Assembly: GCA_965202845.1 (NCBI GenBank)
Contig: OZ241856.1
Location: 1,027,159 to 1,091,158 of the forward strand
Direction of reading: 5' to 3'
Length of the DNA: 64,000 bases
Source: Candidatus Marinacidobacterium sp.
GTDB lineage: Bacteria; Acidobacteriota; Vicinamibacteria; Marinacidobacterales; Marinacidobacteraceae
Part shown: positions 32,013 through 40,603 of the stretch, piece by piece
Position numbering within the stretch: the stretch's first letter is position 1
Layout: every line of letters begins with the position of its first letter
Notes under the pieces: model-generated
The model's input: only the letters and a program-made list of their open reading frames with translations
Told to the model about the DNA's origin: nothing
Database searches by the model: none
Position numbers and translations under genes: made by a program

Positions 32013-32488
32013 GGGACGCCCCGCCGTTCCCAGGGCAGGTAGCGGAAAAAGACCTTGCCGCGGATGGCGTCTTCGGCGAGGGGGCCGAAGTACCGACTGT
32101 CGCGACTCTCCGGACGGTTGTCCCCGACCACGAAGTAGAAGCCCTCCTGGATGCGCACCGGCGCGGGTCCCCCGGCGGGTCTGGCGATGACGTCGACCAG
32201 CGCGTCGTCCGACTCGAAGCGCACCGTGTCCCCGGGAACCGCCACCACCCGCTTCACCACCGAAACGCCTGGTTCCAGCGGGGAATGAAAAACCACGATG
32301 TCGCCGCGCCGGATGCCGAAGAGGTGGACGGCGAGGGGAGTCGCCAGAATGTGATCGTCCGCCAGCAGGGTCGGCTCCATGCTGGTTCCCGCGACCCGGA
32401 AGGAGCGGACCGAGTAGCTGCCGACGATAAAGAAGCCGCCCACCAGAAGCGCGGTGCGGAGCAGGCGCAGCGCGCGGGCGACGGTCAC
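32009..32488 (-). CDS. lepB: Signal peptidase I (S26)
   Basis: GTSMEPTL (Ser box), RGDIVVF, VKRVVAVPGD, VVGDNRPESRDSRYFG. Short form of about 160 aa. GTG overlaps the argS stop. Confidence 0.7.
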   Translation of the reverse strand: MTVARALRLLRTALLVGGFFIVGSYSVRSFRVAGTSMEPTLLADDHILATPLAVHLFGIRRGDIVVFHSPLEPGVSVVKRVVAVPGDTVRFESDDALVDVIARPAGGPAPVRIQEGFYFVVGDNRPESRDSRYFGPLAEDAIRGKVFFRYLPWERRGVP

Positions 32489-34404
32489 ATGCGCTCCGGC
32501 GTCGGGATGCCCAGGAGATCGAGGCCCCGGGTGTGCCAGGCGAAAAAGCAGGCCACCGCGTGGGCGCGGAGTTCGCGGGCGTTCCGATCCGGTTCCCCGG
32601 CGATGCGATACCGGTGGTAGAAGGCGTTGAACCGCTGGGCGCCCTCCCAGGCCCAACGCGCCAGGACCTGCGGCTCCTCGGCCTCGGCGGCGCGGGTCGC
32701 CGCGGCATGAAGGGCGGCGGCCTCCCGCATCAGAATCCAGAGATCGGCGCTTTCCTCCGGGGGCAGGGCGGCGAGGCGGCGATCCAGGTCGGGCAGGGGA
32801 TCGGGCGCGCGGTCGGACGGCGTCTCGCCGATGCGCAAAAGGATGTTCCGCGCCCGCACCGCCGCGTACTGGAGATACGGGCCGGTCGCTCCGTCGAAGC
32901 TCAGCGCCTCGTCGAGATCGAAGACGATGATCTGGTTCTTGGTGACCTTGACCATCAGGTAGCGGAGGGCGCCCACCGCGATGTCCCGGGCGAGCGCGTT
33001 CCGGGTCGCCGCGTCCTGATCGGGGTTCCGCTTCGCCACCTCCTCGCCGGCCCTGGCGATGAGGGCGTCCAGGAAGTCATCCGCCTTGACGCCGACGCCC
33101 TTGCGTCCGGAGACCTCCACGCTTCCGCCGCCTTCGGCGTCTGCGGCGGCGATCCCCAAGCGCCGGATGGTGGACTGGGTCAGCGAGACCATTTCGTAGG
33201 CGAAGTGCCGGGTGCGCGCCCGGTCCGCCTCGGAGGTGAGGCGGGCGACGGCTTCCTGGACGATCTGCTGCGGGTAGGACTGGCGGGTGTCGATCACGTG
33301 GTGGACCACCGCTCCGCTCCCGAACCGGGGCGCCTCCCGGTCTCCGGCGCCGTCGGTGGTGATCCACGCGGCGTCGCCGTCCGGATAGGCGTGAAACCGC
33401 CGGTAGCGAAACTCGCGGTCCAGCAGGCCGATCTGCCACATCTGGTAGGCGATGTCCTTCCCCACGTAGGTGACCGTGCCGTTCGAGCGGACGATCACCT
33501 TCTCTCCGTCCTGGGCGAGCGGGGTGTCCATCACCCAGCACCCCCGGTTCTTTCCGGAATCGCTGCGGCGGATGGCGCCCCGCTCCTTCAGCAACTCGAA
33601 GGCGCGCTCCCAGAAACGAAGCCGCAGGATCGTCTTCTCGCAGGGCAGGACGTCGTAGCGCGCCCCGATCCGCTCCGTCGTCTCGAGATGCCGCAGCGCG
33701 ATCCGGTCCGCCACCAGAGCCCCGATCTCCGCCCACGGGGAATCGCCGTGCTCGAGGCCGAAGAGCGCCTCCCGGCGGAGCGCGGCGCGCCCGGCGTCCT
33801 CGGCGAGCCAGCGCGATACCTCGGCGTAGAGATCCCAACAGAGATAGTCGAAGCGCGGCCGGGCGGCGAGATTCCGCACCCCGTCCGCATCGAGCTTGCG
33901 GAGCTCCACGAAGCCGAGCGCCACGTCCGCCACCTGCACCCCGGTGTCGTCGATGTAGTTCTGGATTTCCACCCGGTGTCCCAGGAACTTCAGGATGCGG
34001 GCGAAGGAGTCGCCGAGCGCGGCGTTCCGCAGGTGGCCGATGTGGGCCGCCTTGTTGGGGTTGATGCAGGTGTGCTCCACGATCCGGAGCCCGTCATCGT
34101 CGGGGGCGTTCCGGCTGGCGACGGCGCTCCGCAACCAGCGCTCGCGGTCGAGGAAGACATTCACGTACCCCGGCCCGGCCACTTCGACCGCCCGCGCCTC
34201 CGGACGCTCCCGGAGCCTTGCGGCGATGGATTCGGCGATCCGGCGCGGCGGACGACGCAGATCCCGGGCGAGGGCGAGGGCGGTGGGGAAGGCGATATCG
34301 CCGCGGTCCGGGGTGGCGGGGGTGTCCGCGACGACCCGCGGCGGATCGGGGACGCCGAGGTCCCGAACCGCTTCCCGGACCACATGAACCAGACTGGCGA
34401 GCAT
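32485..34404 (-). CDS. argS: Arginine--tRNA ligase
   Basis: HIGHLRNAALGDSF class-I motif. 639 aa. Confidence 0.9.
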   Translation of the reverse strand: MLASLVHVVREAVRDLGVPDPPRVVADTPATPDRGDIAFPTALALARDLRRPPRRIAESIAARLRERPEARAVEVAGPGYVNVFLDRERWLRSAVASRNAPDDDGLRIVEHTCINPNKAAHIGHLRNAALGDSFARILKFLGHRVEIQNYIDDTGVQVADVALGFVELRKLDADGVRNLAARPRFDYLCWDLYAEVSRWLAEDAGRAALRREALFGLEHGDSPWAEIGALVADRIALRHLETTERIGARYDVLPCEKTILRLRFWERAFELLKERGAIRRSDSGKNRGCWVMDTPLAQDGEKVIVRSNGTVTYVGKDIAYQMWQIGLLDREFRYRRFHAYPDGDAAWITTDGAGDREAPRFGSGAVVHHVIDTRQSYPQQIVQEAVARLTSEADRARTRHFAYEMVSLTQSTIRRLGIAAADAEGGGSVEVSGRKGVGVKADDFLDALIARAGEEVAKRNPDQDAATRNALARDIAVGALRYLMVKVTKNQIIVFDLDEALSFDGATGPYLQYAAVRARNILLRIGETPSDRAPDPLPDLDRRLAALPPEESADLWILMREAAALHAAATRAAEAEEPQVLARWAWEGAQRFNAFYHRYRIAGEPDRNARELRAHAVACFFAWHTRGLDLLGIPTPERM

Positions 34405-34452
34405 GAGGGAACGGCGCGGATTCTAGTGGTTCGGATTCGTAGAATCCCCGCC

Positions 34453-36306
34453 GTGCGGCGCCGGGAGTTCACCGAGTTTCTTGCGGAGCGCCCGCGGGTG
34501 GCGGACGGGGCGCTCGGCGCCGCGCTCCATCTCGGCGGGGTCGCGGCGCGGAGCTGCTTCGACGATCTGAACCGGAGCGACCCCAGCCGAGTGCACGCGA
34601 TCCACGCCGCCCACCGCGCCGCGGGAGCGGAAATCCTCACCACCAACACCTTCGGCGCCAACCGGTTCAAGCTCCGCCGGCACGGTCTGGCCGCAAAGGC
34701 GCGGGCCATCAACGAGGCGGGAGTCGGGGTCGCCCGGCGGGCGGCGGCCGGCCGGGCGCTGGTCTTCGGTTCGGTCGGTCCCACCGGCGAGGAGATCGGG
34801 CCGTTTCCACCCGACGCGCTTCGCGACGAGGCGCGGGACGCCTTTCGGGAGCAGATGGAGGCGCTCCTCGCCGCCGGGGTGGACGGACTCCAGATCGAGA
34901 CCTTCACCAGCCTGGGCGAATGCCTGCTGGCGCTTCGGGCGGCCCGGGACGTCGCCCCCGATCTCGCGGTCATCGCGCTCATGACCTTTTCCGAACAGGG
35001 AACCGCCGGCGCTGGCGAACGGGCGGAAGCGGTCGCCGCCGCCCTCGAATCGGCCGGCGCCGACGCGGTCGGCTCCAACTGCGGGCTGGGACCCGCCACC
35101 ACCTTCAAGGCCATCGAGGGGATGCGGGGCGCCACCGCCCTGCCGCTGGTTGCGCAGCCGAACGCCGGGGTCCCGGAGCGGGTGGACGACCGGTTCCTCT
35201 ACCCGTCCTCCCCCGACTACATGGCCCACTTCGCCAAGCGCTATCTGCGGGCGGGGGTGCGGCTCCTGGGCGGCTGCTGCGGCACCGATGCGGAGCATCT
35301 GGGGGCGATCACCGGCGCGGTGCGCGCCCTTTCGGCCGAGGGGCGCTTCGTCGCTCCGGCCCCGACCGGCGCCGACGCCCGCCCCCGCGGCGAGGAGAAG
35401 GAACCGACGCCGGCCCGGGAGCGATCCCGGCTCGGCCGGGCGCTCGCCCAAGGCGAATTCGTGGTCTCGGTGGAGCTGGATCCGCCTCGGGGCGCGAACG
35501 CCTCCCGCCTGCTGGAGCGGGCGCAAACCCTCCGGGACGCCGGCATCCGCTTCGTGAACATCGCCGACGGCCCTCGCGCCAGCGCCCGGATGAGCGCGAT
35601 CGCCTTCGCCGCCCTCCTCGAACGGGAGGACCGGGTCGAGACCATCCTGCATTACCAGTGCCGCGACCGGAACCTAATCGGCATCCAGGCCGATCTGCTG
35701 GGCGCTCACGCCCTGGGAATCCGCAACGTGCTGGCGGTCACCGGGGACCCTCCCAAGCTCGGAGACTATCCCCATGCGACCGCGGTGTTCGACCTGGATT
35801 CGGTGGGGCTGGTGCGGATTCTTTCCTCGCTGAACCGGGGGCTGGATCTGGCGGGAAACCCGGTCGGCGCGGCGCTTCCGTTCCTGTCCGGGGTCGGCGC
35901 CAACCCAGCGGCGGTGGACTTCGAGGCCGAGGTCGCCAAATTCGGACGCAAGGTGGAGGCCGGCGCCAGCTTCGCGCTGACCCAGCCGGTGTACGAGCCG
36001 CGCGCGCTGGAACGTTTCCTCGAAGCCATCCGGGAATTCCGGACGCCGGTGCTGGTCGGCGTCCTTCCCCTGGTGAGCTCGAAGAACGCCGAGTTCCTCC
36101 ACCACGAGGTGCCGGGGATGACGGTGGCGAAGGAAGTGCGGGAGCGGATGGCCGGGGCCGGAAGCGGCGCCGAGGCCCGGGCCATCGGGGTGGAGGTGGC
36201 GCGCGACATGGTGGCGGCCGCCCGGGAGGGGGCTCAGGGAGTCTATGTGATGCCGCCCTTCCAGCGGTTCGACCTGGCGGTTCGTTGCGTCGAGGGGTTC
36301 GTCTGA
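34453..36306 (+). CDS. metF: Bifunctional homocysteine S-methyltransferase / 5,10-methylenetetrahydrofolate reductase
   Basis: N-terminal Hcy-binding domain (VGSNCGLGP...LLGGCCGT). C-terminal MTHFR domain (VSVELDPPRG...ILHYQCRDRN...VLAVTGDPP). GTG start chosen to avoid overlap with the divergent argS. Confidence 0.8.
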   Translation: MRRREFTEFLAERPRVADGALGAALHLGGVAARSCFDDLNRSDPSRVHAIHAAHRAAGAEILTTNTFGANRFKLRRHGLAAKARAINEAGVGVARRAAAGRALVFGSVGPTGEEIGPFPPDALRDEARDAFREQMEALLAAGVDGLQIETFTSLGECLLALRAARDVAPDLAVIALMTFSEQGTAGAGERAEAVAAALESAGADAVGSNCGLGPATTFKAIEGMRGATALPLVAQPNAGVPERVDDRFLYPSSPDYMAHFAKRYLRAGVRLLGGCCGTDAEHLGAITGAVRALSAEGRFVAPAPTGADARPRGEEKEPTPARERSRLGRALAQGEFVVSVELDPPRGANASRLLERAQTLRDAGIRFVNIADGPRASARMSAIAFAALLEREDRVETILHYQCRDRNLIGIQADLLGAHALGIRNVLAVTGDPPKLGDYPHATAVFDLDSVGLVRILSSLNRGLDLAGNPVGAALPFLSGVGANPAAVDFEAEVAKFGRKVEAGASFALTQPVYEPRALERFLEAIREFRTPVLVGVLPLVSSKNAEFLHHEVPGMTVAKEVRERMAGAGSGAEARAIGVEVARDMVAAAREGAQGVYVMPPFQRFDLAVRCVEGFV

Positions 36307-36344
36307 TTCGCGGAAGCTCGGGAGGATGGGAGAATGCGGGGCGC

Positions 36345-37316
36345 ATGAGGCTTCGCAAACCGGCCGCCATTCTGCTCGCCCTGGCCGCTTCCGGCAGCGG
36401 GCAGGAAGCGTCCCGGGAAGTGCCCCGGTTCGAGGCGGGCGTGGAGCTGGTCTCGGTGCCAGTGGCGGTGACCGACCGGGACGGGGATTTCATCACCGGG
36501 CTGACGGTCGAGGACTTCCGCATTTTTGAGGACGGCGTCGAACAGGACATCCTCATCTTCGGGGCCGGGCTCGAGGAATCCTGGGTGGACCTGCCGCCGG
36601 AGGAGAAGGACGCGGCGTCCGGGCGCCATGTGATCGGGCTGCTGCTCGACTCGTCGGGAAGCATGGAGCGGGACATGGGGCTGCTCCACGAAGCGGCGAT
36701 CAAGTTCCTGACCAACATTCCCCCGACCGAACACCTCTTCGTGATCAGCTTCGACGAGAACATCCGGATTTCCGAGTTCTCGTCCAACGACCAGCGCATC
36801 ATCGCCAACCGTATCTACGACATGGAGGCGGACGGCTGGACCGCCCTCCACGACGCGGTGGCTGCTTTCCTCGACCGGGTCTGGGACTACGAGGGGCGCA
36901 AGACGCTCGCGGTCTTCAGCGACGGCGCCGACTCCCGCTCGACGCTCGGCTTCGGGGAGGCGCTGGACCTGGTGAAGCTGAGCGACGTCACCATCCACAC
37001 AATCCAGTTCGGGGACCGGGCGCGGTCGAGCGACCTGTTTCACAACTCCCGGTTCCTGCGGGCGATCTCCGATGCGACCGGCGGCTCCCATGCGGTCGCC
37101 TCCTCGCTGGAGCGGCTGGACGAACTCTATGACCGCATCCTCGACGAACTGCATAGCCAGTACGCGCTCGGATACGTCTCGACCAACACCCGGCGCGAAG
37201 GGCGCTACCGCGAGATCGAGGTGCGGGTGGTCGGGGACGGCGTCGACGATCCGAACATCCGCGCCCGGCGGGGCTACTATGGCCCCATGGACCCACCGGC
37301 GGATCCGCCGCCGTGA
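36345..37316 (+). CDS. Secreted VWA-domain protein (VWFA-related acidobacterial-type)
   Basis: Signal peptide MRLRKPAAILLALAASG and MIDAS motif LLLDSSGSM. About 323 aa. Confidence 0.65.
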   Translation: MRLRKPAAILLALAASGSGQEASREVPRFEAGVELVSVPVAVTDRDGDFITGLTVEDFRIFEDGVEQDILIFGAGLEESWVDLPPEEKDAASGRHVIGLLLDSSGSMERDMGLLHEAAIKFLTNIPPTEHLFVISFDENIRISEFSSNDQRIIANRIYDMEADGWTALHDAVAAFLDRVWDYEGRKTLAVFSDGADSRSTLGFGEALDLVKLSDVTIHTIQFGDRARSSDLFHNSRFLRAISDATGGSHAVASSLERLDELYDRILDELHSQYALGYVSTNTRREGRYREIEVRVVGDGVDDPNIRARRGYYGPMDPPADPPP

Positions 37317-38191
37317 ACGACCAGGACGCCGACATCCGGCGGACGGCCATGGAATGGCTGTGCGAGCAGACCGCCATCCACGGCCCCGAGTTGCCGTGGT
37401 CCCTGTTGCTCCATGGGTTCCGGTTTCAGGGCGAACGCATCCCGCTGGTGAGCCAGCGCGGCATCTGGAAACCCCGACGGATGGAACTCCCGTTGTCCAT
37501 CCGGACTTCGTGGAAGGATCCCTACGGAGACAGCTACGACCCGGTCCGGGAGTCGTTGCGCTATCGGTACTACGGAACCGACCCCAACCATGCCGACAAC
37601 TGGGGTTTGCGACGGCTCATCGCGGAACAGCGGAAATTGATCTATTTCCACGGAACGCGCCGGGCCATGTACCACGCGATCTGGCCGGTGATCGTTGTCC
37701 ACGACGATCCGATCCAATTGACCTTCTGGCTTCAGGCCGAGTCTGCAGCCGGTGCAATCGGGGATCCGGACATCGAACGTCGCTACGCCACCCGGGAAGT
37801 CCAACAGCGCCTGCACCAGCGCCTGTTCCGAAGCCGGGTGCTCTCGGCCTATGGGGACGCCTGCGCGATGTGCCGGTTGCGCCGCCTCGAATTCCTCGAC
37901 GCCGCGCACATCGTCGGGGATCGGAAGCCGGAAGGCGCGCCGGATGTCTCGAACGGCCTCTCCCTCTGCAAAATCCATCACACCGCCTTCGACTCGTTGC
38001 TGCTCGGCGTGGACCCGGACCGGGTGATCCACGTGCGCCCGGACCTGTTGACCGAAAGGGACGGCCCGATGCTGCGGCACGGCATCCAGGAGCTCCACCG
38101 CCAGCCGATCCAGCTTCCGCGCCGGAAGGAACACCACCCCGACCGGGACAAACTGGCGCTCCGCTACCGGGAATTCCGCGCCGCGTCCTGA
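37313..38191 (+). CDS. HNH endonuclease family protein
   Basis: DAAHIVGDRK...NGLSLCKIHHTAFD (HNH_2-like). GTG overlaps the VWA-gene stop as GTGA. Confidence 0.6.
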   Translation: MNDQDADIRRTAMEWLCEQTAIHGPELPWSLLLHGFRFQGERIPLVSQRGIWKPRRMELPLSIRTSWKDPYGDSYDPVRESLRYRYYGTDPNHADNWGLRRLIAEQRKLIYFHGTRRAMYHAIWPVIVVHDDPIQLTFWLQAESAAGAIGDPDIERRYATREVQQRLHQRLFRSRVLSAYGDACAMCRLRRLEFLDAAHIVGDRKPEGAPDVSNGLSLCKIHHTAFDSLLLGVDPDRVIHVRPDLLTERDGPMLRHGIQELHRQPIQLPRRKEHHPDRDKLALRYREFRAAS

Positions 38192-38233
38192 CCCCGGGCG
38201 CCGGAGCGAGGGTCAGGCGATCCCCGACCGGGA

Positions 38234-38542
38234 CTACGGGCGCTGTTCGTACCCGGTCACCCAGCGGTGATCCAGCACGAACCGGAATCCGGAGCTCAGG
38301 CGGCGCATCGCCAGCTCGGCGACCAGCGCCTTTCCGAAGGCGGTCGCCAGCCGCGCATCGGAATCGCCGCCCGACGCCGCCTCGATCGCCAGATCGGTCA
38401 CCAGGAAATGCCCCTCAACCTCGTCTCCGCCCTCCGGGCGCACGACGACCCGGTACGGCTGGTGCTTGTCCGTTTCGCCCTTTTCGGCGATTCCGCCGGT
38501 TCCGGTCCAGCGGACGCCCGCTGCGGTGAAGTCCAGGTTCAT
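38234..38542 (-). CDS. Hypothetical protein
   Basis: 102-aa ORF on the strand not used by its neighbours. Composition is protein-like. Confidence 0.35.
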   Translation of the reverse strand: MNLDFTAAGVRWTGTGGIAEKGETDKHQPYRVVVRPEGGDEVEGHFLVTDLAIEAASGGDSDARLATAFGKALVAELAMRRLSSGFRFVLDHRWVTGYEQRP

Positions 38543-38555
38543 GGCGGCGCGAAGT

Positions 38556-39623
38556 CTATTCCGGCAGCTCGGGCATCGCGAAGATGTCCGCGCCGTGTTC
38601 GCAGTCCAGCGTATGGAGGAACGCGATCAGGTCGTCGATCTGCCCCGCCTCCAAGTTGCGGTCCCGCAGTTCGTCGGTATCCAGGTACGGATTCGGAATG
38701 CCGCCCCCCGCCATGATTTCGACCGCCTCGCGCAGGGTGGCGACGCTGCCGTCGTGGAAGTAGGGGGCGCTCCGGCTGACGTCCCGGAGGGTGGGGGTCT
38801 TGAAAGCCCCCTGGCAGGGTTCGTCGGCGGTCGTGCTGCACTCCGCCTCGTCGGTCACCCCGCCGCGCCCCAGGTCGGGGTTCTCGGCGTCCATCCCGAT
38901 TCCGACGTTGTGAAACAGCATGTCGGTGAACAGCACCCCGCTGTGGCAGGTGGCGCAGCCGGCGCCGGCGGTGAAGAGTTCGGCGCCCCGCATCGCCGCT
39001 TCCGACATGCCGCTCCCGTCCCCGCGCCGCCAGCGGTCGTAGGCGGTGTCCCCGCAGTAGATGGAGTCCCGCTCGAAGGCGGCGATCGCCTGGACGACCC
39101 GCTCCGGGGTGGCGGGGCCGCCGAACACGGATTCGAAGGCGGCGCGATAGCCCTCGATTTCATTCAACTGCGCCGCCACCGCGTCGGCGTCCGCCCCCAT
39201 GTTGCCGCCGGTCCAGGCGGCCATCGCCTGCGCCTCCAGCGAGTCGCTGCGGCCGTCCCAGTAGAACTGGGTGTGGTACGCGATGTTCCACAGGGTCGGA
39301 CTGGACCGGGGAAGCGCGCGCTCGAAGGCGCCCACCGCGGTCGGGAGGCCGTCGGTGAGGCCGTTTTCGACCAGGTGGCAGGAGTAGCAGGAGCGGGAGC
39401 CGTCCCCCGAAAGGCGGGCGTCGAAGTAGAGCTGCCTGCCCAGCGCGACCTTTTCCGGGGTCTGCGGGTTGTCGGCGGGGATGACCGGCGCCTGAAAGTC
39501 AGCCGGAGGGCCGGGGACGAAGCCCGACGGAGCCGGGGGCTCCGGTTCGGGCGCCGGCGGCTCCGCGCCGCCACAGGCGATGACGCCCAGGCTCAGGCTC
39601 CCGACGAGAAGCTGGAAACGCAT
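38556..39623 (-). CDS. Di-haem cytochrome c peroxidase (CcpA/MauG family) lipoprotein
   Basis: Two CxxCH motifs (CYSCH, CATCH). Lipobox LGVIACGG. Confidence 0.8.
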   Translation of the reverse strand: MRFQLLVGSLSLGVIACGGAEPPAPEPEPPAPSGFVPGPPADFQAPVIPADNPQTPEKVALGRQLYFDARLSGDGSRSCYSCHLVENGLTDGLPTAVGAFERALPRSSPTLWNIAYHTQFYWDGRSDSLEAQAMAAWTGGNMGADADAVAAQLNEIEGYRAAFESVFGGPATPERVVQAIAAFERDSIYCGDTAYDRWRRGDGSGMSEAAMRGAELFTAGAGCATCHSGVLFTDMLFHNVGIGMDAENPDLGRGGVTDEAECSTTADEPCQGAFKTPTLRDVSRSAPYFHDGSVATLREAVEIMAGGGIPNPYLDTDELRDRNLEAGQIDDLIAFLHTLDCEHGADIFAMPELPE

Positions 39624-39702
39624 AGGGGAAAAACTCTCCTTCGGAACAGGCCGGGAATCCTACCAGCGACCCGGAAGAACGCAGCGCGGTACGCTTGCGG
39701 GC

Positions 39703-40593
39703 ATGGCCAGCCGGGCGGCGCTTTCCCTCGTGGTCGCCGGCGCCCTCCTGCTCCCGCTCGCCGGCGCGGCGGCGTGGCTTCTGCGCTCCCCGGCCGTCCC
39801 GCTCCCGGAACCGTCGGGCGCCGCCGGGGAGCGCCGCGCCCGCACCCAGCAGTTCACCGCCGACCGGCTGCGCCAGATGCTCGCCGAGGCCACCGGGGAG
39901 GCGGGAGGGCGGGGGGATTCGCCCCGGGAAGCCCCCTGGCGCGCCGGTCACGATTTCTACTTCACCCGGGCGGTCTATTCCGGGTACGCATGGCGGGGCT
40001 GGCACGTGGACTACCCGAAGGCGGACCGGCAGTTCCTGATCGGGGTGCGGCGGCTCACCAACCTGGACGCCTACGCCATGGAAAACCGTGTCCTGCTCAC
40101 CGACCCCGACATCGGCCGCTTCCCGTTCCTCTACGCGGTGGAAGTGGGGTACATGGCGATGGGCGAAGCCGAAGTCGCCGGTCTGCGGCGCTATCTCCGG
40201 TCGGGAGGCTTCCTGGTGGTGGACGATTTCTGGGGAACCGCCGAGTGGGCGAACTTCGCCCACGAGATGAGCCGGGCGCTCCCCGAATACCGCATCGAGG
40301 ACATCCCGCTCGACCACCCGATCTTCCGCTCCTTCTACCAGGTGGACGAGGTGGTCCAGGTTCCCAACGTGGGGAACGGCATCCGCGGCGGCCCCACCTG
40401 GGAACGCGACGGCTATGTCCCGGCGGTGCGGGGCATCTTCGACGAGGAGCGCCGGCTGATGGTGGTCATCAACTGGAACACCGATCTGGGAGACGCCTGG
40501 GAATGGGCGGAAAACCCCTGGTATCCGCTCCACTTCTCCAACTACGCGTACGAAATGGGGGTCAACTTCATCATCTACGCGATGACCCACTGA
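39703..40593 (+). CDS. DUF4159 domain protein (Bat-cluster associated), paralog 1
   Basis: Signal peptide. GGFLVVDDFWGTAEW...GVNFIIYAMTH, paralogous to 46433..47242. Confidence 0.6.
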   Translation: MASRAALSLVVAGALLLPLAGAAAWLLRSPAVPLPEPSGAAGERRARTQQFTADRLRQMLAEATGEAGGRGDSPREAPWRAGHDFYFTRAVYSGYAWRGWHVDYPKADRQFLIGVRRLTNLDAYAMENRVLLTDPDIGRFPFLYAVEVGYMAMGEAEVAGLRRYLRSGGFLVVDDFWGTAEWANFAHEMSRALPEYRIEDIPLDHPIFRSFYQVDEVVQVPNVGNGIRGGPTWERDGYVPAVRGIFDEERRLMVVINWNTDLGDAWEWAENPWYPLHFSNYAYEMGVNFIIYAMTH

Positions 40594-40603
40594 CCCGCTT
40601 GAC

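Noticed and set aside
34386-34452. ATG at 34386 as start of the metF-HMT fusion
   Set aside because: It would overlap the divergent argS start by about 19 nt. The in-frame GTG at 34453 is preferred.
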